From Bacillota bacterium (GTDB lineage: Bacteria > Bacillota > Clostridia > Peptostreptococcales > Anaerovoracaceae), in contig CAWVKQ010000074.1 of assembly GCA_963929955.1 (NCBI GenBank), positions 1 to 62,114 of the forward strand: 62,114 nt of DNA, written 5' to 3'. The notes under the pieces are model-generated. The model had not been told where the DNA came from, searched no databases, and was given only the letters and a program-made list of their open reading frames with translations. This document shows, piece by piece, positions 1-9,915 of this stretch. Every line of letters begins with the position of its first letter. Positions within the stretch are counted from its first letter, which is position 1. The translations under genes and the position numbers were made by a program.

Positions 1-44
1 AACAGGTACTAAAGATGATAAAAGATATGGAGATGGAGTGTAAG

Positions 45-78
45 ACTAAATTCAGCACGGATGTGGAATTTAGTTTTT
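45..78 (+). terminator. Probable intrinsic terminator of the upstream gene
   Basis: ACTAAATTC...GAATTTAGT stem followed by a T run. Confidence 0.45.
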
Positions 79-113
79 CATTCAAGGCTGCCTTAAACAG
101 CTTTACAAAACCC

Positions 114-142
114 TTGCAATGCCTTTGATCTTGTGTTAGTAT
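114..142 (+). promoter_or_regulatory. Sigma-A promoter of the rimP-nusA-infB operon
   Basis: TTGCAA (114-119), 17-bp spacer, TG-n-TAGTAT (137-142). Confidence 0.6.
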
Positions 143-170
143 AGTCATGACAAAACTGATGCGTTAAGCG

Positions 171-200
171 AGAGTGGGTCAGCGCCCACTCTTTAATTTT
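171..200 (+). promoter_or_regulatory. rimP leader hairpin
   Basis: AGAGTGGG-tcagcg-CCCACTCT followed by a T-rich tract, between the promoter and the rimP start; similar hairpins are common upstream of rimP. Confidence 0.6.
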
Positions 201-237
201 GCTTTGCCGGTGTGAACAGAAGAAAGAGAGAGGCTTT

Positions 238-711
238 ATGGCTAAAAAGAAGATAACGGACACAGTGGAGGAGCTGGTATCGGGATTCTTTGATGAAAAC
301 GGATACGAGCTTTACAGGACGGAGTTCGTAAAGGAAGGCAGGGACTGGTTCCTGCGGGTATATATAGATAAAAGCGGCAGCGATGATGCTGTGGGGACCG
401 ATGACTGTGAAAAGGTGAGCAGATATCTCAGCGAAATGCTCGACAAGGAGGATCCCATAGAACAGAGTTATTACCTGGAGGTATCGTCTCCGGGGATGGA
501 CAGGGAGCTGTTCAAAAGAGAACATTATGAAAGATACGCCGGCAGTGAAGTAGAGATAAAGCTGTACAGAGGAAAGGACGGCACAAAGAACATACAGGGG
601 ATCCTGGAGGGGATCTCAGGTGATACTGTAACGGTTACGGATCACAACGGAAAGAAATGGGAGCTGGAGCTTCCTGAAATCGCCAAGACAAAGCTTGCGG
701 TTATTTTCTGA
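238..711 (+). CDS. rimP: Ribosome maturation factor RimP
   Basis: LRVYIDK, DDCEKVSR and YYLEVSSPGMDR motifs; first gene of the nusA operon. ATG 238 follows a purine-rich RBS. Confidence 0.95.
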   Translation: MAKKKITDTVEELVSGFFDENGYELYRTEFVKEGRDWFLRVYIDKSGSDDAVGTDDCEKVSRYLSEMLDKEDPIEQSYYLEVSSPGMDRELFKREHYERYAGSEVEIKLYRGKDGTKNIQGILEGISGDTVTVTDHNGKKWELELPEIAKTKLAVIF

Positions 712-731
712 ACAGGAGGACATGAGGAAAT

Positions 732-1919
732 ATGAACAGGGAATTTATAAACGCTATCGATGATTTAGTGAGAGAAAAAGGGATATCAAAGGACGTACTC
801 ATAGAGGCCATAGAATCGGCCCTCGTATCGGCATATAAAAAGAATTACGGCACATCTCAGAATGTAAGGGTAAACATAGACAGGGAGACCGGCGATGTGG
901 ATGTTCTCATGAGAAGGGACGTTGTCGATGAGGTGAATGATGAGTTTACGGAGATATCGCTTGAAGAGGCGCTTGAAATAGATCCCAGATATCAGGTGGG
1001 AGACGTGGTGGAATATCAGGTCACTCCAAAGGACTTCGGAAGGATAGCCGCCCAGACGGCAAAGCAGGTGGTGGTCCAGCGAATAAGAGAGGCCGAAAGA
1101 GGCATGATATTCGACAATTATATAAACAGGCAGGGCGATCTTATAACAGGAGTTGTCCAGAGAATAAGCAATGAGACCATATTTGTAAATATGGGAAATA
1201 CGGAAGGCATCCTGGTAGCGGGAGAGAGGGCTTCCGGAGAAAGATACAGAGTAAACGACCGTATAAAGGCATATATAATGGACGTGAGAAAGAGCGCCAA
1301 GGGACCGCAGGTATTCCTTTCAAGGACGCATCCCGGCTTTGTTGAAAAGCTCTTTGAGCTGGAGGTGCCTGAAATCGAGGACGGTACAGTAATAATAAAG
1401 AGCATTGCCAGGGAAGCGGGTTCAAGGACTAAGATAGCCGTTTATACTGATGATGAGAATGTGGATCCGGTAGGAGCATGCGTGGGAACGGGCGGATCCA
1501 GAGTCAAGAATATAGTTGATGAGCTCTTCGGCGAAAAAATAGATATAACCACCTGGGACGATGATCCTAAGGTCCTTATAAAAAACGTCCTGAGTCCGGC
1601 AAAGGTTGAAGAGGTAATAACAGACGAGGAGGAAAAGACGGCCACAGTGGTGGTGCCTGATTACCAGCTGTCGCTGGCAATAGGGAAGGAAGGCCAGAAC
1701 GTAAGGCTGGCCGCCAGGATATGCGGCTGGAAGATAGATATAAAGAGTCACAGTCAGTACTTTGACGGATCCGATGAGGAAGAATACGTGGAATACGAAG
1801 AGGAACCGGAAGAACTTTACGAAGAAGAGTATACGACTGAAGAAGAAACGGAAGAAGAGGAAGAAACCGCCGAAGCCGGGACAGCAGACGAAGACGGAGG
1901 CGATATACTTGAAGAATAG
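732..1919 (+). CDS. nusA: Transcription termination/antitermination factor NusA
   Basis: FGRIAAQTAKQV, AREAGSRTKIAV and LSLAIGKEGQNVRLAA motifs; acidic C-terminal tail. Confidence 0.98.
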   Translation: MNREFINAIDDLVREKGISKDVLIEAIESALVSAYKKNYGTSQNVRVNIDRETGDVDVLMRRDVVDEVNDEFTEISLEEALEIDPRYQVGDVVEYQVTPKDFGRIAAQTAKQVVVQRIREAERGMIFDNYINRQGDLITGVVQRISNETIFVNMGNTEGILVAGERASGERYRVNDRIKAYIMDVRKSAKGPQVFLSRTHPGFVEKLFELEVPEIEDGTVIIKSIAREAGSRTKIAVYTDDENVDPVGACVGTGGSRVKNIVDELFGEKIDITTWDDDPKVLIKNVLSPAKVEEVITDEEEKTATVVVPDYQLSLAIGKEGQNVRLAARICGWKIDIKSHSQYFDGSDEEEYVEYEEEPEELYEEEYTTEEETEEEEETAEAGTADEDGGDILEE

Positions 1920-2187
1920 GAAAGTCCCGATGCGCAGGTGCATAGGGTGTATGGAATCAAAGGAAAAAAGCAGTATGATCAGGATAGCCTGCTACGAGGG
2001 AAAGATAACCGTCGACCCTACGGGAAAGGCAAAGGGAAGGGGCGTCTATCTCTGCCGAAGCAGGGAATGCATGGATAAGGCGAGAAAGAAAAAGGCTCTG
2101 CAAAGAAATTTTGAAACGGAAATCACACAGGAAGAAATAAACGATATTTTTCAGGAGCTGTCCAATTATGAGGAACAAGGTCAGTAG
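1909..2187 (+). CDS. ylxR: YlxR (DUF448) RNA-binding protein
   Basis: PMRRCIGC and GRGVYLC motifs; TTG start after GGAGG; synteny. Confidence 0.9.
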   Translation: MKNRKVPMRRCIGCMESKEKSSMIRIACYEGKITVDPTGKAKGRGVYLCRSRECMDKARKKKALQRNFETEITQEEINDIFQELSNYEEQGQ

Positions 2188-2524
2188 CTATATGGGGCTT
2201 GCAAAAAAAGCAGGACAACTGATATCGGGCACCAATACATGCGCTTTTGCCATGAAAAAGGGAAAGGTACGGCTCATTATCCTGGCCGGGGATATTTCGG
2301 AAAACGGTGAAAAGAAAATAATGAAGGAGATAAACAGGTCCGGAGTGAAATTCGTAAAATACGGAAAAGGCGATGAACTGTCACGGGCTGTAGGCTCCGA
2401 AGGCAGGAGCGTTTTCGCGGTATGTGACGAAAACTTTGCGGAAGTTATTTTTGAGGAGATAGACAGGCAGAGAAGAGAAGGAGGAATTGCGTATGAAGAT
2501 AAGGGAACTGGCAGCAGAGCTTAA
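2168..2524 (+). CDS. ylxQ: L7Ae/L30e-family protein YlxQ
   Basis: MGLAKKAGQLISG...ELSRAVG; sits between ylxR and infB. Confidence 0.88.
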   Translation: MRNKVSSYMGLAKKAGQLISGTNTCAFAMKKGKVRLIILAGDISENGEKKIMKEINRSGVKFVKYGKGDELSRAVGSEGRSVFAVCDENFAEVIFEEIDRQRREGGIAYEDKGTGSRA

Positions 2525-5288
2525 TCTTACCGGCGGCGATGTGCTGGAAAAAGCCAAGAGCATGGGAATAAACGTATCAAAGGAAAGCGATGAGATCACT
2601 GATATAGATGCTACAGCGGTCAGGAACACCATAACGAGAAGCGGTGCGCATGCTGAAACAAAGGTGGTCAGAGTCAAGGCCAGGAAGACCGAAAACGAGA
2701 AAAAGGACGATGAGCCGAAAGTCACGGTCAAGGCCGCTAAAATAAAGCTTCCCGAGGTCAAAAAGACTGCCAGACAATCGACAAAGCCCGCGGCTAAAAG
2801 CACCGCAGCAAAGCCTCCTGTAGGAAAGCCGATAGTTTCAAAGGAAGTTGAAGGAAGACCAAAGCCTCCTGAGGGAAAGCCTATAGTGCCTAAGGATCTC
2901 GAGGAAAGAACACCGAAGAAGAAAGCCGATCCGGCGGAACCGGCTCAGGAGAAGAAGCTGCCTAAGGTAGCGCCGAAGGAAGGCAAGGAGAATACTGCTC
3001 AGGAAGCCCCGGCTGCCTCAAAACAGGAGGAAAAGCCAAAGACGCCTGAAAGAAGAAGCAGGCTCAAGGTGGTAAAAAGAGCGGAAGACGTGAGAAGGGA
3101 AGAAGCCGAGGCTGCGAAGAGAAGGGAAGAGGCCAGAAAGGAAGCTGAAAAGAAGTCAGAGGAAAAGAAGATCTCAAGGGATACTTCAAGAAAAGACAGA
3201 GACAGGAAGCCTTCCGACAGGAACGCTGCTCCTAAACAGAGAAAAACGGAAAAGGACGGCGCGGCCAGAGCCGACAGGCCTCAGAGAAGCCAGGGAAGAA
3301 GGGAAGAAGCATCCCAGGAAATGATCTCTCAGAAATCCGGTCACAGGAGCGAGAAGAGCAAGGGAAAGGAAAAGGACAAGGAGAGAGACAAGTTCGCCAA
3401 GCTGGAGAGAGGTGCGGGAAAGAAAGGAAGACCGCAGCCTAAATCTCTTGAAAAGCAGACGAGAAACAAAAAGCATTCAAAGCCTAAGGCTGCCGTTGAG
3501 CCTGAAGCTGAGGAAATGGTACTTCCTGCAGGCACTGTGGTAATAAATGTCCCTATAACAGTGGCAGGCTTTGCGGAACAGACGAAAACAACAGTTTCCC
3601 AGATAATCATGACGCTGATGAAAATGGGAGTCATGGCAAATGTCAATCAGAACCTTGACGAGGATACGGTCGTTCTCCTCGCGGAGGAAATGGGAATACA
3701 GATAGCAATAGGGAACATAAAGGAAGAAGAGACCGAAGAGGGCATAGAACAGTTTGAAGACAGAGAAGAGGATCTTAAGCCTAGAGCGCCGATAATCACG
3801 GTCATGGGACACGTTGACCACGGAAAGACATCTCTTCTGGATGCCATAAGAAAGACGAATGTCACTGCTTCCGAATCAGGCGGCATAACTCAGCATATAG
3901 GAGCATCGGAGGTAGAGATAAACGGACAGAAGATAGTGTTCCTCGACACGCCGGGACACGAGGCGTTCACGGCTATGAGGGCGAGAGGAGCTCATTCTAC
4001 GGATATAGCCGTGCTCGTGGTAGCCGCCGATGACAGCGTAAAGCCGCAGACCGTGGAGTCCATAAGCCATGCCAAGGCCGCAGGCGTTCCTATAATCGTA
4101 GCAATAAACAAGATGGATAAACCGGGAGCGAATCCCGACATTGTAAAGAAGGATCTGGCAGACAGAGGGGTCCTGGTCGAAGACTGGGGCGGAGACGTGA
4201 TAAGCGTTCCCGTGTCGGCAAAGACAGGCGACGGTATAGTGAATCTGCTGGAGATGATACTGCTTCAGGCAGAGGTGCTTGAGCTGAAGGCCAACCCTGA
4301 CAGACTGGCTCTGGGAACCGTGCTGGAGGCGAGGCTCGATAAGGCAAAGGGGCCTATCGCAAGCCTTCTTGTACTGAACGGTACGCTTAAGGCCGGCATG
4401 AGCATCGTTGCGGGAACCTGCTCCGGAAAGATCAGGCTCATGACTAATCATAAGGGAGAGAAGATCAGACAGGCGGGGCCGGCCACAGCGGTAGAGGTAC
4501 TGGGGCTTACAGATGTGCCTCACGCCGGAGATGTATTCAATGCGGTCAAGGATGATAAGCTCGCCAGAGAGATCGCTGAAAGAAGACAGACAAAGCTGAG
4601 AGAGGAGATGCTGGCAAGGAATTCCAGCACAACTCTTGAGGAGCTGTTCAGTCACATACAGGAGGGAGAGGTAAAAGAGCTGAACCTCATAATAAAGGGA
4701 GACGTGGAAGGCTCTGTGGGAGCCATAGTATCATCCCTTGAAAAGCTTTCCAATGATCAGGTAAGAGTAAAGATCGTCCATACCGGAGTCGGAGCAGTCA
4801 ATGAATCCGATATAATGCTGGCGGGAACATCGGATTCCGTTATAATAGGATTCAACGTAAGGCCAAGCGCCGCGGTGAGCGCCATAGCGGAAAGAGAAGG
4901 CATACAGATAAGGACGTACAGAGTCATATACGACATAATCGACGATGTTGAAAACGCCATGAAAGGAATGCTTGATCCTGAATTCAGAGAAGTCATCCTG
5001 GGAACAGTGGAGATAAGGAATACATTCAAGGTTCCGGGCGTCGGCATAGTCGGCGGAGCCTATGTTACAGACGGAAAGGTCGTGAGGAACGAGCAGATAA
5101 GGCTTGTCAGAGACGGCATAGTTATACACGAAGGAAAGATATCCTCACTGAAAAGATTCAAGGACGACGTGCGCGAGGTGGCGCAGGGATATGAATGCGG
5201 TATAGGTATAGAGAACTATAACGATATAAAAGAGGGAGATGTGATCGAGTGCTTCACTATGGAGGAGATCGACAGAGATCAGAGGTAG
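2493..5288 (+). CDS. infB: Translation initiation factor IF-2
   Basis: MGHVDHGKTSLLD, DTPGHEAF, NKMD and SLKRFKDDVREV motifs; long charged N-terminus. Confidence 0.99.
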   Translation: MKIRELAAELNLTGGDVLEKAKSMGINVSKESDEITDIDATAVRNTITRSGAHAETKVVRVKARKTENEKKDDEPKVTVKAAKIKLPEVKKTARQSTKPAAKSTAAKPPVGKPIVSKEVEGRPKPPEGKPIVPKDLEERTPKKKADPAEPAQEKKLPKVAPKEGKENTAQEAPAASKQEEKPKTPERRSRLKVVKRAEDVRREEAEAAKRREEARKEAEKKSEEKKISRDTSRKDRDRKPSDRNAAPKQRKTEKDGAARADRPQRSQGRREEASQEMISQKSGHRSEKSKGKEKDKERDKFAKLERGAGKKGRPQPKSLEKQTRNKKHSKPKAAVEPEAEEMVLPAGTVVINVPITVAGFAEQTKTTVSQIIMTLMKMGVMANVNQNLDEDTVVLLAEEMGIQIAIGNIKEEETEEGIEQFEDREEDLKPRAPIITVMGHVDHGKTSLLDAIRKTNVTASESGGITQHIGASEVEINGQKIVFLDTPGHEAFTAMRARGAHSTDIAVLVVAADDSVKPQTVESISHAKAAGVPIIVAINKMDKPGANPDIVKKDLADRGVLVEDWGGDVISVPVSAKTGDGIVNLLEMILLQAEVLELKANPDRLALGTVLEARLDKAKGPIASLLVLNGTLKAGMSIVAGTCSGKIRLMTNHKGEKIRQAGPATAVEVLGLTDVPHAGDVFNAVKDDKLAREIAERRQTKLREEMLARNSSTTLEELFSHIQEGEVKELNLIIKGDVEGSVGAIVSSLEKLSNDQVRVKIVHTGVGAVNESDIMLAGTSDSVIIGFNVRPSAAVSAIAEREGIQIRTYRVIYDIIDDVENAMKGMLDPEFREVILGTVEIRNTFKVPGVGIVGGAYVTDGKVVRNEQIRLVRDGIVIHEGKISSLKRFKDDVREVAQGYECGIGIENYNDIKEGDVIECFTMEEIDRDQR

Positions 5289-5293
5289 TATAA

Positions 5294-5689
5294 ATGGGAA
5301 GAGGACACAGACAGGAAAGACTCGGAGAAGAGATAAAAAAGATAATAAGCGGCATGATATTGAGAGAGCTGAAGGATCCAAGGCTTTCCGCCATGGTGAG
5401 CATAACGGCTGTCGAGGTCACGAGCGACGGAAGTTACGCCACAGTCTATATTTCCGTTCTTGGGACCAGGCTTGAAGATGAAAGCGCGAAACAGCAGGAG
5501 GATGTGATAGAAGCCCTCTACAGCGCCAAAGGCCTCATAAGGGGAGAAATAGGAAAGAAGCTCAGACTGAGACATACTCCTGACCTTGTATTTAAAATGG
5601 ACAGATCCCTGGAATACGGAAGGCATATAGATCAGATCATAGACCGGCTTGATATAAAGCATGAGGATAACGAGGATGAAGAACAGTAA
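5294..5689 (+). CDS. rbfA: Ribosome-binding factor A
   Basis: LKDPRL and LRLRHTPDLVF motifs; synteny. Confidence 0.96.
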   Translation: MGRGHRQERLGEEIKKIISGMILRELKDPRLSAMVSITAVEVTSDGSYATVYISVLGTRLEDESAKQQEDVIEALYSAKGLIRGEIGKKLRLRHTPDLVFKMDRSLEYGRHIDQIIDRLDIKHEDNEDEEQ

Positions 5690-6653
5690 CGCTTCTTTAA
5701 GGGAAATAGGGGATGTTCTTAAAAGCGCCTCAAAGGTGATGGTGTTTCCTCATATAAATCCTGACGGAGATGCTCTCGGCTCAGCGACGGCTCTGTGCCA
5801 TGCCATGAGGAGAATGGGCGCGGAAGCCTGGGTATTGATGGAAGAGCCTGTTCCGGAGTACCTTGATTTTATGGATACCTCATGCTGCACCGAAGATATG
5901 AGCGCGGCAGAGGGCAGATATATATCCGTCTGCGTGGACTGCGGAGAGGAAGCCAGGTTCCCGGGAAGAGCCGAAGCGTTCAGGGCAGGGGAAAAAAAGA
6001 TATGCATAGATCATCACGCGACATCCGGAAGCTTCGGGGACATCTGGTATGTGGACAGCGGTGAAGCGGCTGCCGCTCAGATCATATACGATCTTATAAG
6101 AGAAATGGGAGAGGAGCCTGACAGAAGAGAGGCCGAGGCCCTCTACGTGGGGATATCCACGGATACAGGATCGTTCAGGTATTCAAACACGACTGCTAGG
6201 ACTCACCGCATAGCGGCGGAGCTGCTGGAGAGAGGAGTGGATATCAACGACATATCCGTGGCTCTTTATCAGAACGTCAGCGAGAAAAAGATGAAGCTGC
6301 AGGCAAAGATCCTGGAGAACATGAAAATATTCGCCGGCGGAAGAGGAGCCGCCGCTTACGTTACACGAGGGATGATGGATGAGATCTCGGCAGACTCAGA
6401 TGATGCCGAGGGCATGGTGGAGACTCTCAGAGATATACGGGGAGTGGAAATGGCAGCGTTTTTCAAGGAGAAAGAGGACTGCGTGAAGGTGAGCATGAGA
6501 GCCAAGTCTTACGGGGACGTGGCGTCCATAGCTGCCTTATTCGGAGGAGGCGGACATAAAAAGGCTGCCGGATGCACGCTGAGGCTGCCTTTGGAAGAAG
6601 CTGTGAAGATCATCACGGAAAAGATGAAGGACTATCTGGAGAACAAGGGATGA
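5676..6653 (+). CDS. nrnA: DHH/DHHA1 phosphoesterase (NrnA-like oligoribonuclease/pAp phosphatase)
   Basis: HINPDGDALGS, IDHH, TDTGSF and GGGGH motifs. Confidence 0.88.
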   Translation: MKNSNASLREIGDVLKSASKVMVFPHINPDGDALGSATALCHAMRRMGAEAWVLMEEPVPEYLDFMDTSCCTEDMSAAEGRYISVCVDCGEEARFPGRAEAFRAGEKKICIDHHATSGSFGDIWYVDSGEAAAAQIIYDLIREMGEEPDRREAEALYVGISTDTGSFRYSNTTARTHRIAAELLERGVDINDISVALYQNVSEKKMKLQAKILENMKIFAGGRGAAAYVTRGMMDEISADSDDAEGMVETLRDIRGVEMAAFFKEKEDCVKVSMRAKSYGDVASIAALFGGGGHKKAAGCTLRLPLEEAVKIITEKMKDYLENKG

Positions 6654-7594
6654 GAGACGGCATACTTATTATAAACAAGCCCCAGGAGTGGACTTCTCAC
6701 GACTGTGTGGCAGTGGCGAGAAGGGCTACCGGGGTAAAGAGGGCAGGACACGGAGGCACCCTTGATCCCATGGCGGAAGGACTGCTTCCTATTTTTATCG
6801 GCAAAAGCACCAGGATAATGGAATATCTGGACGCTGATAAAAAGACATACAGATGCGAGGCCAGACTCGGTCTTGTAACGGACACTCAGGACATATGGGG
6901 CAGAGCTCTTGAAGAGAGGAGCATTGAAGGCATAACCGAAGAACAGGTGAGAACCGCGCTCATGTCATTTTCGGGACAGACAGAACAGCTGCCTCCGAAG
7001 TATTCGGCTCTGAAGGTAAATGGCAGGAGGCTCTATGAATACGCCAGAGGAGGACTCGATGTGGATATAGAGCCGCGAAGGATAAAAATATACCGTATGG
7101 AGCCTGAACATATAGAAATGGAAAACGGCAGGGTCATATTCAGCGTAACATGTTCAAAGGGAACGTATGTAAGGACCATATGTCATGATCTGGGGCGCAT
7201 ATTGGGCTGCGGCGGGACGATGTCGGGACTTGTGCGGCTGAGAAGCGGTATGTTCGATCTTTCGAAGGCGATAAGCCCGGAAGAGCTTAAGGGCATGAAG
7301 AGAGAAGACATAGAAGAGTTGCTGCTCCCTGTGGATTATCCCCTTGCAGGCTTCGGAGCCGTTGAGATGAAAAGCGACAGAGCGGGATTTTTCGTAAAGG
7401 GAAACAGCATAAGATGGAACCAGTTAAAGGAAAAAAAGAAGCCTGACAGTGACGGGGACTTTAAAACAGGCCGGGGCATACCGTATGCTGATCTTTACAG
7501 GGTATACTCCGAAAGCGGAGAGTTTCTGGGAACAGGCTTTAAAGACCGGGAAAAAAACATTCTGAAAGCAGACAAGGTTCTTGCGGCATTATAG
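6650..7594 (+). CDS. truB: tRNA pseudouridine(55) synthase
   Basis: GHGGTLDPMA, PPKYSALKVNG and CSKGTYVR motifs; ATG overlaps the upstream stop. Confidence 0.96.
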   Translation: MRDGILIINKPQEWTSHDCVAVARRATGVKRAGHGGTLDPMAEGLLPIFIGKSTRIMEYLDADKKTYRCEARLGLVTDTQDIWGRALEERSIEGITEEQVRTALMSFSGQTEQLPPKYSALKVNGRRLYEYARGGLDVDIEPRRIKIYRMEPEHIEMENGRVIFSVTCSKGTYVRTICHDLGRILGCGGTMSGLVRLRSGMFDLSKAISPEELKGMKREDIEELLLPVDYPLAGFGAVEMKSDRAGFFVKGNSIRWNQLKEKKKPDSDGDFKTGRGIPYADLYRVYSESGEFLGTGFKDREKNILKADKVLAAL

Positions 7595-7606
7595 AGAGGC
7601 ACGGGA

Positions 7607-8542
7607 ATGAGGATTTTCAATTCACTTGAAGAAGTAAAAGACATAGAGGGAACCGTTGTGGCCCTCGGGAATTTTGACGGAGTCCATATGGGACACCAGC
7701 AGATAATAGAGCGAACGGTAAAGAGCGCGGAAGCGGCGGGCTTTAAGAGCGCAGTCTTTACATTTTCCAATCACACCAGGACGCTCCTGAAAAACCTTCC
7801 TCCGGTAAAGAACATATTATATCCTGAGGAAAAGGCTGCCATAATAGAAAACATGGGGATAGATTACATGTTCAATATCCCTTTTACGACGGAGATCCTT
7901 AAAATGTCTCCCGAGTCTTTTATCGAGGATATACTGGTCAGGAGGTTCAATATAAGGGAAGCCTACTGCGGGTTCAACTACAGGTTCGGATATAAGGCGG
8001 CGGGCACTCCGGAGGTGCTGATGAGAGAGGGACTCAAGCACGGCTTCGGTATCCACGTGCAGGAGCCTTTCAAGATAAATGATATAGTGGTGAGCAGCAC
8101 ATATATAAGAAAGCTCATAGAGGAAGGCAAAATGGAAGAATGCGCCCGTTTCATGGGAAGGCTCTACTCAATAGGAGGCGAAGTCGTAGTGGGCAACAAG
8201 CTGGGAAGGACCATAGGCTTTCCTACGTGCAACATAATGATAGACGAGACCATGGCGACACCTCCAAACGGAGTATATATAACATACTGCATATACGACG
8301 GAAAGAGGTATCCGGCTGTCACCAATGTGGGAGTGAAGCCTACCATAGGCACATATAAAAAGAACATAGAGACCCATATATTCAATTTTGACAGGGAGCT
8401 TTACGGGGAGCGGATAAAGGTGGAGTTCATAAGGAGAACTAGAGCCGAGCAGAAGTTTTCCGGTGTAAAGGAGCTGAGCGAACAGATAGGAAGAGACTGT
8501 ATAATGGCAAAGGCCTACCACAGGGAAAAGGGTTCGCTGTAG
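7607..8542 (+). CDS. ribF: Bifunctional riboflavin kinase/FAD synthetase
   Basis: GNFDGVHMGHQ, VSSTYIR, GRTIGFPT and NVGVKPT motifs. Confidence 0.96.
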   Translation: MRIFNSLEEVKDIEGTVVALGNFDGVHMGHQQIIERTVKSAEAAGFKSAVFTFSNHTRTLLKNLPPVKNILYPEEKAAIIENMGIDYMFNIPFTTEILKMSPESFIEDILVRRFNIREAYCGFNYRFGYKAAGTPEVLMREGLKHGFGIHVQEPFKINDIVVSSTYIRKLIEEGKMEECARFMGRLYSIGGEVVVGNKLGRTIGFPTCNIMIDETMATPPNGVYITYCIYDGKRYPAVTNVGVKPTIGTYKKNIETHIFNFDRELYGERIKVEFIRRTRAEQKFSGVKELSEQIGRDCIMAKAYHREKGSL

Positions 8543-8664
8543 CCTGCCGGCATTTGAACAGCATCCCCTTCGGGCATGTGTGAAAATCTTATAAGGAATC
8601 CGGCGTATTCAGAAAAAACATGTGGAAAAATCTTTCATAAAGTAATATAATATACAGGTCAGGG

Positions 8665-8741
8665 CGGGGCATGGCTCAGTTTGGTAGAGCGTTGCGTTCG
8701 GGACGCAAAGGCCGCAGGTTCGAATCCTGTTGCCCCGACCA
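8665..8741 (+). tRNA. tRNA-Pro (anticodon CGG)
   Basis: Acceptor stem CGGGGCA/TGCCCCG, anticodon arm TTGCG-TTCGGGA-CGCAA, GGTTCGAATCC T-arm, encoded CCA; TATAAT at 8646-8651 upstream. Confidence 0.97.
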
Positions 8742-8753
8742 GAATCAACGTAT

Positions 8754-8790
8754 AAACCCCTTGAGATCATTGGAATTTCAAGGGGTTTTG
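8754..8790 (+). terminator. Inverted repeat/terminator downstream of tRNA-Pro
   Basis: AAACCCCTTGA...TCAAGGGGTTTT. Confidence 0.6.
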
Positions 8791-8957
8791 CCTTTTGGGG
8801 CTTTTTTGTTAGATAAAGAAAGTTCCGGAAGACTCACGGGGTGGGAGCTTTTGGGTAGGGTATTGACAAAACAACTCGTGTGTATTACGTCATACCCCCT
8901 TGCAGTCTGCTGTCATATCTGTATAATATACAATGGTAAAAACGACGGAGGGAATAT

Positions 8958-9845
8958 ATGAAAAAGCATGACCTGAGGTATATAAGCATACTTCTTCTGA
9001 CAGTTGTCATGATGGTGCTTTCGGGCTGCGGGGCTGAAACGGATACGGAAGCCTATGTGGAAAACCCGGGAGCAGTGACTGCCGAGGAGATGCCTGAGGA
9101 TGAGGGACAGACATATGTTACTGTCAATGATAATGTGCCTGAATTCGATGAGGAGGACTTTACGGAGGAATCATTTGAGGAATACAGCGACCTTGATGAG
9201 CTTGGCAGATGCGGCGCTGCCTACGCCAACATAGGGCAGGATCTGATGCCTGATGAGGAGAGACAGAGCATAGGAATGGTAAAGCCGTCGGGATGGCATA
9301 CGGTCAGATACGACAATGTCGATGGAAAGTATCTTTACAACAGGTGCCATCTCATAGGATATCAGCTCTCCGGGGAAAACGCCAATGAGGAAAACCTCAT
9401 AACAGGGACAAGACATATGAATGTGGACGGGATGTTGCCCTTTGAGGAAATGGTGGCAGACTATGTAAGAGAGACAGATAATCACGTGCTTTACAGAGTG
9501 ACTCCCATATACAGCGGCGATGACCTTGTGGCGCGGGGAGTGCAGATGGAAGCGGAGTCCGTGGAAGATGCGGGGCAGGCCATATGCTTCAACGTATATG
9601 TATATAACAGTCAGCCGGGCATAGATATAGATTACGCTACAGGTGAAAGCAGCCTGAAGGCGGGCGTGGAAACCGCTGAGGAGGGCGAAGCAGCATATAT
9701 CGTAAACACAAATTCAGGAAAATTTCACAGACCTGACTGCCGGGGAGCTTCTGACATGAATGCGGAAAACAGGTGGGAGTACGGAGGCGACAGGGAGTCG
9801 CTTACAGAAATGGGATATGAACCGTGCGGGATGTGTTCCCCTTGA
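8958..9845 (+). CDS. Lipoprotein DNA/RNA non-specific endonuclease (EndA/DNA-entry nuclease-like) with C-terminal Zn-binding (Ada-like) domain
   Basis: Lipobox LSGC; LYNRCHLIG and NLITGT..MN nuclease motifs; C-terminal KFHRPDC...PCGMC. Confidence 0.85.
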   Translation: MKKHDLRYISILLLTVVMMVLSGCGAETDTEAYVENPGAVTAEEMPEDEGQTYVTVNDNVPEFDEEDFTEESFEEYSDLDELGRCGAAYANIGQDLMPDEERQSIGMVKPSGWHTVRYDNVDGKYLYNRCHLIGYQLSGENANEENLITGTRHMNVDGMLPFEEMVADYVRETDNHVLYRVTPIYSGDDLVARGVQMEAESVEDAGQAICFNVYVYNSQPGIDIDYATGESSLKAGVETAEEGEAAYIVNTNSGKFHRPDCRGASDMNAENRWEYGGDRESLTEMGYEPCGMCSP

Positions 9846-9915
9846 TGGGAAAGCAGAAGACAGGGCGTCAAAATAACAGTATAATAATATGCGGAAAAAA
9901 CAAGGAGGACACGCT

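Noticed and set aside
2700-3500. Low-complexity K/E/P/R repeats in infB
   Set aside because: This is the usual variable IF-2 N-terminal region, not a DNA repeat array.
8852-8900. GGGTAGGGTA...TACCCCC resembling a CsoR operator
   Set aside because: The half-sites are in the wrong order and too far apart, and no copper genes are nearby.
8671-8961. 96-aa ORF starting MAQFGRALRSGR
   Set aside because: It overlaps the tRNA-Pro gene and is a translation of the tRNA and its terminator.
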